DNA of 64,000 nt from Eledone cirrhosa (lineage: Eukaryota). Position 1 is the stretch's first letter, and each line of letters begins with the position of its first letter. The notes below the pieces were generated by a model. That model saw only the letters and a program-made list of their open reading frames with translations, was not told the DNA's origin and made no database searches. This document shows, piece by piece, positions 1 to 15,037 of the stretch. The DNA is taken from assembly GCA_964016885.1 (NCBI GenBank), contig OZ024740.1, positions 18,786,001 through 18,850,000 on the forward strand. Direction: 5' to 3'. The translations under genes and the position numbers were made by a program.

Positions 1-12
1 AAAAAAAAAAAA

Positions 13-74
<62 letters not shown>

Positions 75-191
75 GAATAGATAAAAATAATAGTAAAATA
101 AAGACTTGAATAAAATAAGATAAAAAATATTTTAACGAAACAAAGATTGAAAATTATAAACAAAAGAGAAAGCTTAGATCTATTTTCTTTT

Positions 192-196
<5 letters not shown>

Positions 197-262
<66 letters not shown>

Positions 263-309
263 GTATGTATATACATATATATATATGTATATGCATATAT
301 ATATATATG

Positions 310-345
<36 letters not shown>

Positions 346-407
346 TATATATATGTATGTATATATATATATATATACATATAAATGTATATATATATAT
401 ATACATG

Positions 408-460
<53 letters not shown>
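197..460. repeat. (TA)n/(TATG)n microsatellite, representative of dozens of TA, CA, AAT, GAA and TATG tracts
   Basis: Direct inspection. These tracts generate most of the short ORFs in the track. Confidence 0.98.
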
Positions 461-464
<4 letters not shown>

Positions 465-1047
465 GTTTTCCGAGTTGATTGTCGTTCTCTCGGCGTTTTC
501 CGGTGTAATGTTAATATCGGTTCCTTTGTTATGTTCAGAATGGATTTTGCTAGCTTCGTAGTAAGAAGAGTTCATAGAAACTGCTGCTGCTGTTGGTGGT
601 GGTGGTGGTCGTCGTCTGCGTCGGTATAACCTAATTGTTTCTACGTTAGGCACAAGGCCAGCAATTACCCAGTGTATTACTGGTACTTTATTTTATCGAC
701 CCCGTAAGGATGAAAGACAAAGTTAACCTCGGCAATATGAAGCGAAGTTCGTAAGTTTCGGAAAGTTTGTATGCTATGAGGAAAAGAGGAATCTCTGAGA
801 TGAAGGAACGGAATGTAAACATTAAATTCTACTCCTCCTCACTGCATACGAACTCATCCAAACCAAACAACTTCCTTTTAACTTTAGGTTTCTTCATTCC
901 GAATTCTTAAACATATGATTTGAATCGTTATTTTTGACATAATCTGTTTGCATTCCAAGTGTCATAATTCTTGTACTATAATGACTTTAAAGGATGAGAA
1001 ATTTAAAACCCCTGGCATGGGATGAAATGCAGAGGTAAACATTAAAG

Positions 1048-1139
<92 letters not shown>

Positions 1140-1140
1140 A

Positions 1141-1183
<43 letters not shown>

Positions 1184-1184
1184 A

Positions 1185-1252
<68 letters not shown>

Positions 1253-1357
1253 GCGAAGGATAGGCGGCTTGTTTCAAACAAGTTAATTTTGTTTATATAT
1301 ATAATGTATATATATAATCTATTTTACGCTTTTACCTGTTCCAGCCATCCGGCTGAG

Positions 1358-1424
<67 letters not shown>

Positions 1425-1913
1425 ATATAGACTTCTAGGATCAGTGAAGGAACGATTCTGTCAGTTTCATTTGAACTCCATCAGTGAACTACACTGTAAA
1501 TAAACATATCGGCGAAGCGCAGTTTATGAGCACAAACTGGTCGGTTGGCCGTGACTGCGACAATCAAAAACAACCATTGTTCACTGGTAGAGTGCAAATA
1601 AAACTGACTGTATCACACCTTCATTTATTCCATGAAGAATACATAAATATATTTGCTTCTATTTTTATATATCGAGGGCTCATTCCTTTGTCAATAAGGA
1701 AAGAGCAGTTCCTATAACTCTTTTCCGGACTTCGAAGATTAATTGGTGCTGTTTCTTCTAAAGGAAATCACCAGGAAAGCTTTCATGATGATTTCTTTTG
1801 AATGAAACAGTGTTAGTCCGGTTGAAGCCATTTCTGTATTAAATATGATGTTTACACTCTACTAATGTATTGAGTACATAAATAACTATGGTTACCCCCG
1901 ATTGAGCCGGGGA

Positions 1914-1956
<43 letters not shown>

Positions 1957-2072
1957 CAAAGGAATTGTGGTAAGGAACCAGATGGACCATAACGCACCAG
2001 AGTACTCAATACTTAGTCCAGAAATAGCCGTCGAAACGGCTTGAGCTCTGCCGTCGGGTTCATACCTTTTCC

Positions 2073-2106
<34 letters not shown>

Positions 2107-3715
2107 CGTGCGTGTGTATATATGTATGTATATGTGTGTATGTGTGTGTGTATGGAGGGTGGGTGTTATGATATGCACCTCATCAAAACCCTGTTGTATT
2201 TATTTACAACAATGAAGTTAATGAGAAATGATTCGTATGTTTTTTTTTGTGTTGAGGGGGGGGGGGGGTCTATAGTGTTGTCGTTGATGTTGTTGTGGTG
2301 GTGGTAGTGGTGGTGTTGGTGGTGTTGATTTTGTATAATGTATATATGTGACTGGTTGACAGGCTCTGCTTTCAAATTGATGTGGCCCCTTGTCTGCTTA
2401 AACTGTCTTTCCTCCTTTTTGACTGATTCTTTCTCTCACACTCTTTGCACGAAAACTTGGAATTGAAGATGGCCGAGGCAGTGAGGTAAGGTTTGTAACT
2501 GTGTGTATATATTTGTACTTGGATAGAAGAGGACATTGCTGGTTCCCTTTGGTGGGTTCTGGTGTTGTTTTTTAAAGAGGATGGGTACTACTATATTTGT
2601 TGCTGATTGTTGTTGTTGCAACCGGTGTTGTTGGGGTTGTTGTTGCTGGAGCTGACGAAACATTTGTTATTCAACACCGTCAGCAGAAATATATCCACCC
2701 AAGCAAGAGTTGGCTTTTTTACCATCGACTTTTTACGCCAATACATCGATAAGATACAATACCCTCCTTTACCACGAGACGTCTGGCTTCTCACAGTTGT
2801 ACTCGCTCTAAATTAATTTGTTCTCTGGTCCTAGGTATTTGCAAAAGAGGCAGTTGTAACAAACAGCCTGTGTTGTTGTTAGTGCTGTTATGGAATTAGT
2901 GGTGGTGGTGATCCTGGTATTACTAGGTGTTTAGGTGATCCTGGTATTACTAGCTATTTTGGTGATATCCTGGTATTACTAGGTGTTTAGGTGATATTCA
3001 GTCAACTCTTCGTTAAGCTGGTGGCGATGTTGTTGTTATTGAGATTTTTCTCTCTTCAGTTTCGGTGTTGTTGTTGTTCCTCTTAAAGGCCTGGTATATT
3101 GTTGTTGCCCTCATATCTCAACACTGTTACTCACACGTTACAATTGTTGTTGCTGCTTGAAATATTATTGTTGCTTTTATAATGTTCTGTTCGCAGCCCA
3201 TCTCATTTATTGTTGATATTACTGTTGTTGCTGTTAGAGATATCCTGTTTCACATCAACGAAGAACGATGGTGGTTATTGTGCAAGAGGAGAGGGGAAAC
3301 CGCCGTCAGTGAAAGGAAGGAGAAATATATTTTCAGTGACAATCTCAGCTTTCTCGCAGCTCGTATTTTCTATTTTCTATTTTGTTGTATGTCTGCAATA
3401 TTTGCCACCTTGATTGTTTTAAGAATTGCTTGCAGATGAACATAGTTTCTTTTGAAAAATAAAATATCACCAATGGAGCGAGGTTAACGGAACCAACGTG
3501 ACTCTTGTGGTCGTAGTCGGTTCTGCAACAAAAGGGAACAGAAAATCCAACAAAGAAAAAATCCTAAAAGGGCAAACTAAGCAATCTTTTTTCAAACTAG
3601 GGAATCGCAATCATACGTAGCACAGAGTCGAGAGACATCAACAACAACATTAACAGCCACAACAACAGCAATAACAAAAACAACAAAAGTAGTAACAACA
3701 ACATATGATTAATAA

Positions 3716-3929
3716 TTGTTTCTACTTTTTAGCAATTTGAAGTGAAGGGGAAAGTCGATTAAATCGAATCGACCTCAGTGCATTACTGGTACTTTATTTT
3801 ATCAACCCCGTAAGGACGAAAGGCAAAGCTAATCTCGGCGTGATTTGAATTCAGAACATAAATGGCCGTAACTACATGCCGCAAAGCATGATGCCCGACG
3901 CTCTACCAATACTGCAAACCCACCGCCCT
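3716..3929 (-). mobile_element. tRNA-derived SINE, dominant family (representative copy)
   Basis: Pol III A/B-like boxes (family consensus TGGCAGTATCGG, GAGTTCAAATCC), shared body ATAAAATAAAGTACCAGT and an (ATT)n tail. Other copies at about 633-735, 5842-6015, 7269-7820 (three), 25054-25240, 49315-49496, 60340-60440, 63060-63205. Confidence 0.85.
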
Positions 3930-4849
3930 AATAATTAATAATAATAGTAATTTATTTTATTGCTACGAGGTGTCCATTCATACGTACAAAAACAACGTGT
4001 TACATGTGGACATATACAAAGTTACAAACAGACGAAATACATTATACAAGACGTGTTATTATTTAATTACGCAAAACAATTAAATATGTATAAACATACA
4101 ACATGAAACAAATAAAGGAATCTCGCCCACATATATGTGAAAATCCAGCATCTGAATAACTCCTACAGCTCGCCCTCTCTCCTTATCGTATTGAAACCTT
4201 GTGAAACCAAAGACGTCTGTAAGAATGTTCTGTGCTCGATGAGAAGGCGAGTATTACCCCGCATCCTCTGGACGGACGTTTCTCAAGTGATGATAAACTA
4301 TAAACATTGTTTTTCATCAATAATCTATCAATGGTCTTTTGAACTCCTCTCACCTTATGGCCACTTCTTCAATCATCACTCCCTCACTAGTGCCTGACTT
4401 CAAATATTCCATAATCTTTATAATCCTTGTCCTCAAGTTGTCTCGGAGAACGGGTTGCTTATCATACATCTTTTGCCTTTAGATATAGATTTATTTTCAG
4501 GGTTTTTTTCTTTCCTTAAACTCTACATTGATTTTGATAGGCAAAAGCTACTCTAATTTGTCAATCTATTTCTCATCGTCACAATACGATGATGTAGTGC
4601 TACTGAGTATGGCTGGGGAGAAGGTCCCTTACGATGATGTGGGGCTACTGGGTATGGGCTGGGGAGAGGATCCTTGATTGTTGGTTTCTGGGACTGAAGA
4701 CGAGGCGATCTCCTTCACTATTTCTGGATCCTTCACTGGTGGCTACTTTTTGAACAGCAGTTTCCATGGGATGATGTTTATGGTGGTGGTGGTGATGGTG
4801 ATGATGTTTATGGTGTGATTTTGTTGTTTTCTTCGTTTCTGAGTTTTAA

Positions 4850-5420
4850 GTTATTCCAGACAGAAAACCTTCAAATGGTCCGTATAGTCACAGGTACAGC
4901 AACGGAACACCTGTCATGGTCCGTATAGTCACAGGTACAGCAACGGAACACCTGCCATACATAATTAAGTCCCATTGAATTCCATTCCGCTCTCTCATGA
5001 CAGGACACATCTCTGAAATAACTCTATGGCCTTCGAAGTTCATCAAGACATATATGTCACTGCAGACATTCCTTGGTCACATGTCGTTTCTTATCACTTC
5101 GGCGTTCACTACCGTCGGTAATGTTTCCACAACGGTGACGAGTCAACAGACAATGTCATCGCTAATGTTCTACTAATTAACCCTCATATTGTGTAGTCCT
5201 ATGTATTGTGGCTCTAACCTTTGAGCAGGTATAATACACACTGCCACAACCCACTTTCTCCCCTCATCATCAAATTTGAGGACGGTCCTAGAAGCTCTAC
5301 CACGTCCGATGGAGACATTGCTGTGCACACCAGCCATGACTATGTCAGTCGGTGCATTATATAAGAAAACATTTGTGTTTAATACAAAACTGATGAATGT
5401 GAAATTCTTCATAGCTCTTT
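4850..5420 (-). pseudogene. Decayed LINE ORF1/gag-like remnant with a CCHC zinc knuckle
   Basis: Minus strand near 4855-4910 reads VFRCCTCDYTDHLKVFCLE (CX2CX4HX4C). It includes a 41-bp tandem duplication at 4875-4956. Assignment to L1/Tx1-like is inference. Confidence 0.5.
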
Positions 5421-6863
5421 TTGGATAAAGGCGCTTTTCGTGGAAATGTTATCTTGTAACATATATCTGCCACGTAGATCTCTGCCAGGTAACTCATGCC
5501 TTAAGACGCCTCACTATTGCTACTGACTTGTGAAATTAAGTCGTCTTCCAATTAATTTCTGTTTGTTCTCCGTGGGAATCTGTTTAGTTTGTTTAGGGAA
5601 GCATTTCTCTGACGAGGAGCCATCTTGAGTTTAATGTAAACGCATACAGAAAAAATAGATCTACGACAAAAATGTCCGACTTTATATCTTCCTCTGTAAA
5701 AGGTAGATCTTCAATATGTTCCAGGTAGTTGTCTTTTGAAAATTATTCAAAATAATTTTTTTTTTCTTCAGCTGTTCCTAGTTAAAATCCAAAAGTCTTG
5801 GAACAAGAAGAGGACACATCTGTTCACAATATTCAATAATAATGGTTTCTGATTTAGGCATATGGTCAATATTTTTGGGGGGAGGGGAAAGTCGATTAAA
5901 TCGACCCCAGTACGATACTGGTGCTTTATTTTATCGACGGGATTTGAATTCAGAACTTAAAGAGCCATAACTCACTGCCACAAAGCATGTTATCCGACGC
6001 TCTACTGATACTGCTACTTTGTTGCACTAATAATACATATCAAATGAAGAGGAGGTTGTCATGGCTAGATCTGCCCGAGATTGTTGCTGTGCAGGCCTTC
6101 ACATTACCCACCATTCTACCACTATGCTACTCATTACAGTAGATGTTTGCCAAGATGTCAGCGAACAAGTCTGTCATATATATTTAACATACTTAGAGTA
6201 AACCCACCAAAAAGGCGATTATCCCTTCACAAAACCACGTACAATCAACCTTATCTCAGCTGCTGTTATCAACCTACTACAACATGGCAGCTTATCATGG
6301 ATTTCTTCTGAGACCTATGACAGGCCTTCAAGTTAAGCTAATAGATCGACTATCATTTTCACTCCATCATCGCCACCACTTATACCGAACCGTGGTGCAA
6401 AATGTCAATTGAAACCTGCACGTATTTCCTTGGAATCGTCCCCGTTTGTCAAACATCAAATTATAGTTCTGTTGACATGTCACGTCATTGCTGCTCGGAT
6501 CAGTCGAACGACTTTCGTTTTCTCATGTTTAAGAACACGTTTTAGCTCTGATAATGCAAGCTGAATAAATAGTAGACAACCCCCAATTTTCTCACTCTAA
6601 TCGCATATTTTTCTATCCTCACCATTTTGTTATAATCTATCTTGATTCCACTCTCACTGCCCTCTTCAGAGCGCCCCTACCGTTGACACTTCTTCTAACT
6701 GCTACTTAACTAATACTTAACTATTCTGGGGTTGATGTAAAGAACACCAATAACGACAACAACAACAATTACGATATCAGCAACAACAACAACAACGACG
6801 ACGACGACGACGATGGTGATGATGATAATAATAAAAATAATAATATTAATAATAATAATAATG

Positions 6864-6923
<60 letters not shown>

Positions 6924-8463
6924 GTAATAATAATAAATAATAATAATGAATAATAAATAATCAAGAAATTAGAACACAATAGGCCTGACCTGGTGGATCT
7001 GGACAAGGAAAAAAAGATCGTGCCTGATTGTGGTTGTGGCCTGCCCATTTGACACGAGAGTGCAAGAGAAGGAGAGGGAGAAAATTAACCGATACCAGGA
7101 CTTAAAGTGGGAGGTAAAAAGTCCTGAATATCTGAGGCTGCAGGTAGTGGCTTGATATTCATTTCAACAAACTTTCCAGTTAACTAACATCAATGACTGA
7201 GACTCAAAGAACAATAATAATAACAATAATAATAATAATGGTAATGATAATAATAATGATAATAATAATGGTTGCTGATTTAGGCACACGGCCAGAATTC
7301 TGGGGAGGGGTAAGTCGATTAAATCGACCTCAGTACATTACTGGTACTTTATTTTATCGACCCCGTAAGGATGAAAGGTAAAGCTAACCTCGGTGGGATT
7401 TAAACTCAGAATGTAAAGGGCCATAACTTTATGCCGCAAAGCAGATATTGCCAATCCACCACCCTCAATAATATTAATAATAATAATAATAATGACAGTA
7501 ATAATAATTGTTTCTACTTTAGGCACAAGGCCAGAAATTATCCCAGTGTATTACTGGTACTTTATTTTATCGACCCCGTAAGGTTGAAAGGCAAATAATG
7601 ATGATAATAATAATGGTTTCTTATATAGGCACAAGGCCAGTGATTTTGGGGGAGGGGAAAGTCGATAAAATCGACCCCAGTGTGTGACTGGTATTTTATT
7701 TTATCGACCCCGTGAGGATGAAAGGCAAAGTTGACCTCGGCGGGATTTGAACTCAGAATGGAAAGGGCCGTAACTCTATACGTTAAAGCATGGCGTCCGA
7801 CCATCTACCGATATTGCCAATAATAAATAATAGATGTAGACTGTAGAGCGATTTACTAAAGATATTGTTATGATACTGGAATTAGAAAGATGTGCCAATA
7901 AAATCTCGATGAAAGGAACATTAATTAAGAACACTAATATTAATTAAGAACAATAATATTAAGGTAGAGAAACAAAAGTAGATAATTAGACAACACATAA
8001 ACATATACTTAGGGATCAATTAACTAGACAGAGTACAGTACAGACAAATGAAAGAAAAGGTGAGGCTGTGGTTGGCCCAGAAATAGTGACAATATTCTCA
8101 AATGGACACTAGATGGAGTAATGAGGTTACACAGAAGAAGGTCAACACTCACATGTACATGACCAGAGAGAAGTACCTAGTGGCATTGGTGGTGGTCAAA
8201 CCGGAAATTAGATGAATTCCGCTTGACTGTATTTGCTCAAGATACGCTGCATAATGCAGCCCCACCCCTAAAATGGTCAAGAGAAAAGTGAAATGGGATT
8301 CTTTCTACCCCCACTAGCACCACCACCAACCATGTCACGTGGGAATCTTTTCCAAAATATAAAGAAAAAGGGATAGAAATATTTCAAATGTAGAATATAG
8401 ACAACAGAAAAACAGTTCTTGTGATCAGAAAACGTTGGGAGAAGTGGTGCATAATGAAAAGTT

Positions 8464-8540
<77 letters not shown>

Positions 8541-9239
8541 CAAACATTAATTGAAAAGGTTTGAAACGATGAGTGTATATGAATTTTCATAAACTGTAGA
8601 ATTCTCAGCGCGATGGGTAACTGTAAACAGCTGATTACTATATGTATAGTAAAAAGAAACATATATGTATAGTAAAAAGTCGGGTTAAGATATAAGCACA
8701 TATTGATCGGAGGAACGGAGAGAGGAAGAAAAGAAGAACGGAGAAAGGAAGAAAGGAGTTTAAAGCGGGAATGAGATCGATGGAGCAAAAATATTGGAGA
8801 ATTGTGAAAAATAAGGGGGAAAGGATGAAGAAAGTAAGCAAACAAGTAAAAAGAACTTTAGCGTCATATGAACTCATCAGCTTCCTTCTAACCACATGGT
8901 TTCGCAAAATGTTATTTGTTTCTAATATATTCAGACATCTGAATATATTACATATACATGTAAATACATGATGTAAATACTGAATATATTATATATATGT
9001 AAATACATGGAGGCATGACTATCCAGACACCTGTGCTGCATGAAACATTAATAGTTAAGTGATCACTAAAGTTAGCAAATACTAATTAATAATCACTTTG
9101 GAGTAAAGGAATGACTTTTGTGAGATAAATGTTCTCTAAACATGATATAATAACAACAAAAGTGAGGATGAGGATGATGATGAAGATGATGATGTTAGAA
9201 ATAGTAGTAGTAGCAGTGGTAGTAATAGTAGTAGTAGCA

Positions 9240-9320
<81 letters not shown>

Positions 9321-10999
9321 GAATGTGTCTGTCATCCCATTTGCAATAGACACCACCAAAGTGATACACAACAATTTCTGTAGAGACAACGACAGAATAC
9401 CTATGAAGATGGACAAAGGAACGTTCCACAAAATTGCAAAACTAAGCACTGTAAATATTATTAGGGTTTCACAGCATTTCGTCATGTTGAACATTTTTTT
9501 CTTCTTTTTTTTGCATTTGAACGTTTCTGTTAACCATCATCATGTTTGTTTACCTTAAACGTCCTTGTTAAGCTTAAATACTTTTATACCTGCTTTCCGT
9601 TGACATCCTTGTTAAACTTAAACATTTTAGGTTTCGTTTTCCAGTGAACATCCTTGTTTAACTTGAATATTTTAGTTAATTTTCAATAATTTTTATATTC
9701 ACTTTTCATATAATATTTTTGTTAGCAATGAACGGTTTTGTAAATATTTTAACATTGAAAATTTTCGTTAACGTTTTTGTTCATCAATTTTATGCATGTT
9801 TTCCATTCATCATTTTGGTTAACATTAAACATCCTTGTTAACCTTGAATATAACTTTATGTATACATTTCAGTGAAACTTCTTGTTAGCATTGAGTACTT
9901 TCATGTATGTTTCCTAAGATGGACTTAATTTTTGTTCCAAAAAAGAAACATTTGATGGAATTCTCAAACCATAAATAAAAAATACATAATATTTTTCTTT
10001 TTTTTCTTTATTCTTTGATAATTTCATTATTGCCACACAGGTGACGACGTATGTTGGACATTACATTGGATATGGAGAACATGTATAGAAAGAACAACAA
10101 AAGTAAAACATAATTAAGGGAGAGGTTGCAGTAATAGTACAGGTAACAATACCAAGAAGAAGAAGAAGAAGAAGAAGAAGAAGAAGAAGAAGAAGAAGAA
10201 GAAGAAGAAATCAACAAAAATAACTGGACAAAAACAAAATGGAGACAAATACAACAACAAAACAACAAAACAACAAGAAATACAACACAAAAAACAATGA
10301 ACCAAGAGCGTCTCACTTCACTTGGAAGAATCCATCGGAATAAAAAGTGACAACGATTCCAGTTCGACTGAAACCCAAAAGGATTTTATCGAAAACCGGG
10401 CAAAAGTAAAATAGCAATCCATGTAACAAGAGAAATAGAAGTCAAAGAATGTTGTAGAGCATGGCAACATCTGAAGTGCCCTCTACCGGGGAAGGTCATG
10501 TCAATGGAAGTATTTAAGAAGAACACATAAAGATCTTACAAAAATACTCAAAGAGCTAAGACAAAATCCACCAAATTGTAAAACCATTCATGTTATCAAT
10601 ACTGAAGAAAATATAAACCACTAAAATTTATCCTCATCCAATTTCGATGTCCATTCAATTTCTCTATGACGGTGTTTCTCAAAGTCGGTCCCGAGAAGTC
10701 CCGACTTTCCTCAAAATAAGATTCTTTTAATAAACATTTAACAAAAACTTATATGTTTTTTATATGAATAAATTTTTGTTTCATTTAAAGGCTCATTAAA
10801 TTTAAATTATGGAGATCGTCCATAAAATATAGCCATCGGTTGCAGGATTTTTGCAAAAGCAGGTAACGGTTCTGCGGCCAAATAAATTTAGGAACCATTT
10901 AGCTATGTTCTAAGATGACTATATAAGTATAGTTTTGATCTGATAGAAAGGTGTCAATGAGAACATAAGAATTATCTACAGAAAGTCGCAGGACCCTAA

Positions 11000-13290
11000 A
11001 CTTTCTGGCTATGATACAAAAATACTTTATTGCAATGATATTACAGGTGATGAATAATCACTAGAAAAAAGAATCTCACTTCTAGGAGAACACAAGGAAT
11101 ACTCTAAGGGTCATACGGTTGTAAAGATCGATTAGGGATCAATAAAGTCATAACTATAATTGGAAAAAGAAGGTGTGGAACATGAAACGAGTGGATTACC
11201 AGACTACTGTAGTGTTCCTCAAGCATAGAGGAAACACTTGAAATTGGTATAGTGAGGCCAATAAATACAACAAACATGTTAGAAATTATTGACAAATAAT
11301 TCTGTACATACCAAGAAAAACCTAATTATTATGTAAAAAAATCCATTCCTTATTGAAAAAGGAATATTAGAAGGGCACTCCCTATCTCCATTTCTTTGCT
11401 GATTGGTTTTAACATCTTTAGCAGACATACTGAACCAGATAGGGTTATATGTTAATGTTGTTGATCTACTTGCTACGGCCTACATCTGCGAAGGTTTAGC
11501 CGGCCTGTCATGAAGTTACGTCTCATAGAAAGCTTCTTGGGAGTTTTGATGACACAAGCCCTCATTTTATCATGCCAGCATTTCTTTCTGTAACAAGAGA
11601 CGGGATTTGAAATCTACACTCACAGAGCTGGAACAGACTCCGCAAGTCATCCCGTTCGACTAACAATCCTACTAATCCGTCGCCTTTTATTTACTGACAT
11701 CGAAAGGGTGAAAGACAGAGTTGATCTTGACTGAATTTGAACACAGTATTTAGTCCGACGCTCTAAAGAATCTCACAGTTCGCCCTATTCGAGGACAATG
11801 AGCCATCCTTTGTATATGAATTATCTTAGGTTTTACGTTGCATTTGCCAAACAATTGAAAACACTATTAACCCATTAACTAAAGGAATTGACATGAAATT
11901 CTATTTTGAAAAATGTGCCAAAGCAACTTTGAAGAGGGAAAATAAATAAAATCTAATATATTTGGTAAAAGGAAGAAAATAAATAAAAGAATTGAACAAA
12001 CAAATCATCACAAGTAATTAGGAATTAATGAATGGGTCAGAGTAGAGCATACACAAATGAAAGGAAAGGTTTCGAAGGGAAACATACGCATTAGATAAAT
12101 ACTTTAAAACAGCTAAATGCCAAAAATATGGTAATAGATGTCTATAGCTTGCTCAGCAATGACTTGAAGCTGTAATATTCTCAACAGGATGCTAAGTAAA
12201 TTAACAATACTAGACAGGAAAGCAAATAAAATAAAATAAAATAAAATAAAATAAAATGAATAAATAAATACTGACTGCATTTAAAATACACCACCCAAAA
12301 GCCGACGAAAGATTTTATCTTCGACGAACAGTTGGAGATTTGAGTATTCTGCGACTAGAAAATTATTACAAAATGTCAAATGTAAAAATATTTTGTGAAG
12401 AATTAAATGAAACCAATACAACTAAGAAACATGAACAAAAATAAAGGTGTTCTTTTGTCTTCAATTGAAGCCATTACAACAAAAATTGAAAAACAAAAAA
12501 CAATGGCTAAATTAAAAGCTAGAATTGGGTTACAGTTTACAAGTTAAGACAGGAATAAAACGTTGACCATAAAGCTGTGACCGAAGGATTTTTGATTGTG
12601 ACACAAAACCAACACCTGCTCACCAAAAGTTCCGAAAATTCCATAAAATAAAATTAAAAAGAAAACGTGAATTTTGTGAAGAAGAAATTACATTGTTACT
12701 GGCTGCCAGAAGTGAATATATATACAGGAATGACTGTGGGCCACTGGAAATTTCCCTATTAATACAAAACACCCAAATAAAAGGGATAGTACAATTATAT
12801 ATCCTAAAGGATATCAAAGAATGGCTCTAGTTTTCACCGATTTATAGACTGGGAGGTTAAACCAGGTTAAACCAAATATTCTTGTCAAAAGTTTCCGCTG
12901 AAAGAATTGTCTACTAACCGGTGTACCAATTTCACCGGACAACAATATATCTCTAAAAGATGGAGAAACTATCAACATATAAAGATATGGAAATAGAGAT
13001 AACCCGAAGTGGGAATTGAAAATAGAAACAATCCCCTTAATGATAAGTGCCTTGGGAATGATGAAAGAAAAGCAGACAAATACACAACGTCCAGGACGTA
13101 GACATATACACAATAGTAAACGGTACTACTAGGTGCTATACACATATATACTTACTACTTACATATATAAAACAGAACTACTAGGTACCGCATACGTATT
13201 ATGTAGAGTACCTCAGGACTTACAAACATACACAACACACAGAAAATAGCGTTACTAGACACTATTCATATATTATGAATCGTACTTTCA
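11000..13290 (+). mobile_element. Heavily decayed R4/Dong-like LINE (RT and restriction-like endonuclease); boundaries approximate
   Basis: Remnants such as KCAKATLKRG and KPNILVK...NISLK...KWELKIETIPLMISALG. Interrupted by other repeats at about 11460-11790. Confidence 0.6.
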
Positions 13291-13575
13291 ATAGCAAACA
13301 TAAAAACAATACAGGACACTTCACATACCCAAGGCACACAGAGCTCTGCGCTCGGTTGTGCAGTGAAAGCACACAATAAAAATAAGACCACTGAAGAAAT
13401 AATAATAAAAACAAAGAAACACTGAAAAAAAAATACCATTTTTTTTTATGGAAAAAAAATCATCAGATTTGTGGAGTTACGGAGGTTGAAAGATGAAGGT
13501 GGAAAGGTTGTCAAGAAACGTGTTCAATGAATCATGAATCAAGAGGAACTGGTGAAAGAGTATTATATATATATG

Positions 13576-13611
<36 letters not shown>

Positions 13612-14290
13612 TTTACATATATGTTTGTATGTATAAAAATGTATCTGGTGTACTAATATATGCGGACCATTGATTGAGCAAGTTTCTCGTTTGATAATAG
13701 TGTGATATAGTGTGAAGGGTTTTATTTACATTGATTCTTTATTGATTAAATATGTATCGATAACATAAACAAGAGTCGCATGACTTACCATTGATGCTTG
13801 AAATACAATCGACAAAACAACAACTACCATCACTGCCAGCATAATTACCAAACACAGTTATCCCCTCAAATACAGACTACGAGAATAAGAAGTTCCCATA
13901 GATGCATTTCTAATAACCAGGATGACTTTTGAGACTCAAGTTAACAAACATGGTATTCCATTGGATCTTACAATTGAAACCCCGTCCAAAACAGAACAAG
14001 AAACATCAGTCAAATTTCATCTATCTTATTTAAAATAAAAATATTCAATGCATCCTTAAACAAAAATACGAAGCAAACGGTTCGCTTTCCATATCATAGA
14101 ATATTGCATCTATATAGACGTTAGCATGGCTGTGTGGTAAAGAAGTTTGTTTTGCAGCCTTCTACCTCCAGGATCGATCACACTGTGCAGCACCTTGGGC
14201 AAGTCTCATCTGGTTTTCTAATACTTTGTAAGTGGAATTTGGTACACACAAACAATATAGAAGCCTATCACACACACACACACACGCACA

Positions 14291-14391
<101 letters not shown>

Positions 14392-14468
14392 TGTATATCA
14401 AATATAATCATTCGATTTCAAAAGTAGTATACTCAGCTGAAAATGAGTACCAACAATAGGTGGGGTTT

Positions 14469-14770
14469 TAACCCTGCGATGGACTGGCATCTTGTCCAGG
14501 GGGAAATCTTGTACTCTCAGTCGCTTATTGCCACAGGAACCAGGATAAGACTTGTCTGATGAGTCTCCAGGATCGAGACAGACTTAAACCCTGAGATGGA
14601 CAGGTGTCCTGTCCAGGGGAGTAGTCATGTACTCTCAGTTACTTAACACCACAGAAACCAGGATAAGACTGGTCTGATGAGCTTCCAGGCTCGAGACAGA
14701 CTTTAACCCTGAGATGGATTGGTGTCCTGTCCAGGGGTGTCTTGTACTCTCAGTTACTTCAGGCCACGGA
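14469..14770. repeat. About 118-bp tandem repeat x2.5, probably from a SINE central/3' domain
   Basis: Three starts aaccctg(c/a)gatgga...tgtccagggg. Confidence 0.8.
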
Positions 14771-14976
14771 ATGTGTGTGAGTGTGCGTGTTCACAATTTA
14801 GTTGTATTGCAATTAATCGATGTTGGAGGTAATGGTTTGATTTCAGATTAATGCCTCCATTACTGAAGTAGCAATAAATAAAAAATAAATAAATAATTCT
14901 TGAATTAGCCATGTCACCCTCTGTTGTCCAAGACATGGATATTAATAAATAGAAACTATATTTATAAAACCATATT

Positions 14977-15037
14977 TATTCTATTATATATATTTCAAGG
15001 ATACCAAAACTTTGGTACGCTCTCATCAGATAAAATA
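14977..15037 (-). ncRNA. Type I hammerhead ribozyme (AT-rich family)
   Basis: UAUUUUAU-CUGAUGA-GAGCGUACCAA(AGUU)UUGGUAUCCUU-GAAAU-AUAU-AUA^AUAGAAUA. A distal stem I extension AUUUAUAAAAC/GUUUUAUAAAU pairs 15047-15057 with 14960-14970. Confidence 0.75.

Noticed and set aside
147-2375. YIYI/CVCV/poly-I/poly-N ORFs here and throughout the track
   Set aside because: Translations of microsatellites.
14556-14700. CTGATGAG...CGAGAC in the 118-bp tandem repeat as hammerheads
   Set aside because: GAGA instead of GAAA, no stem III/UH site and no stem I. It looks like a SINE tail.
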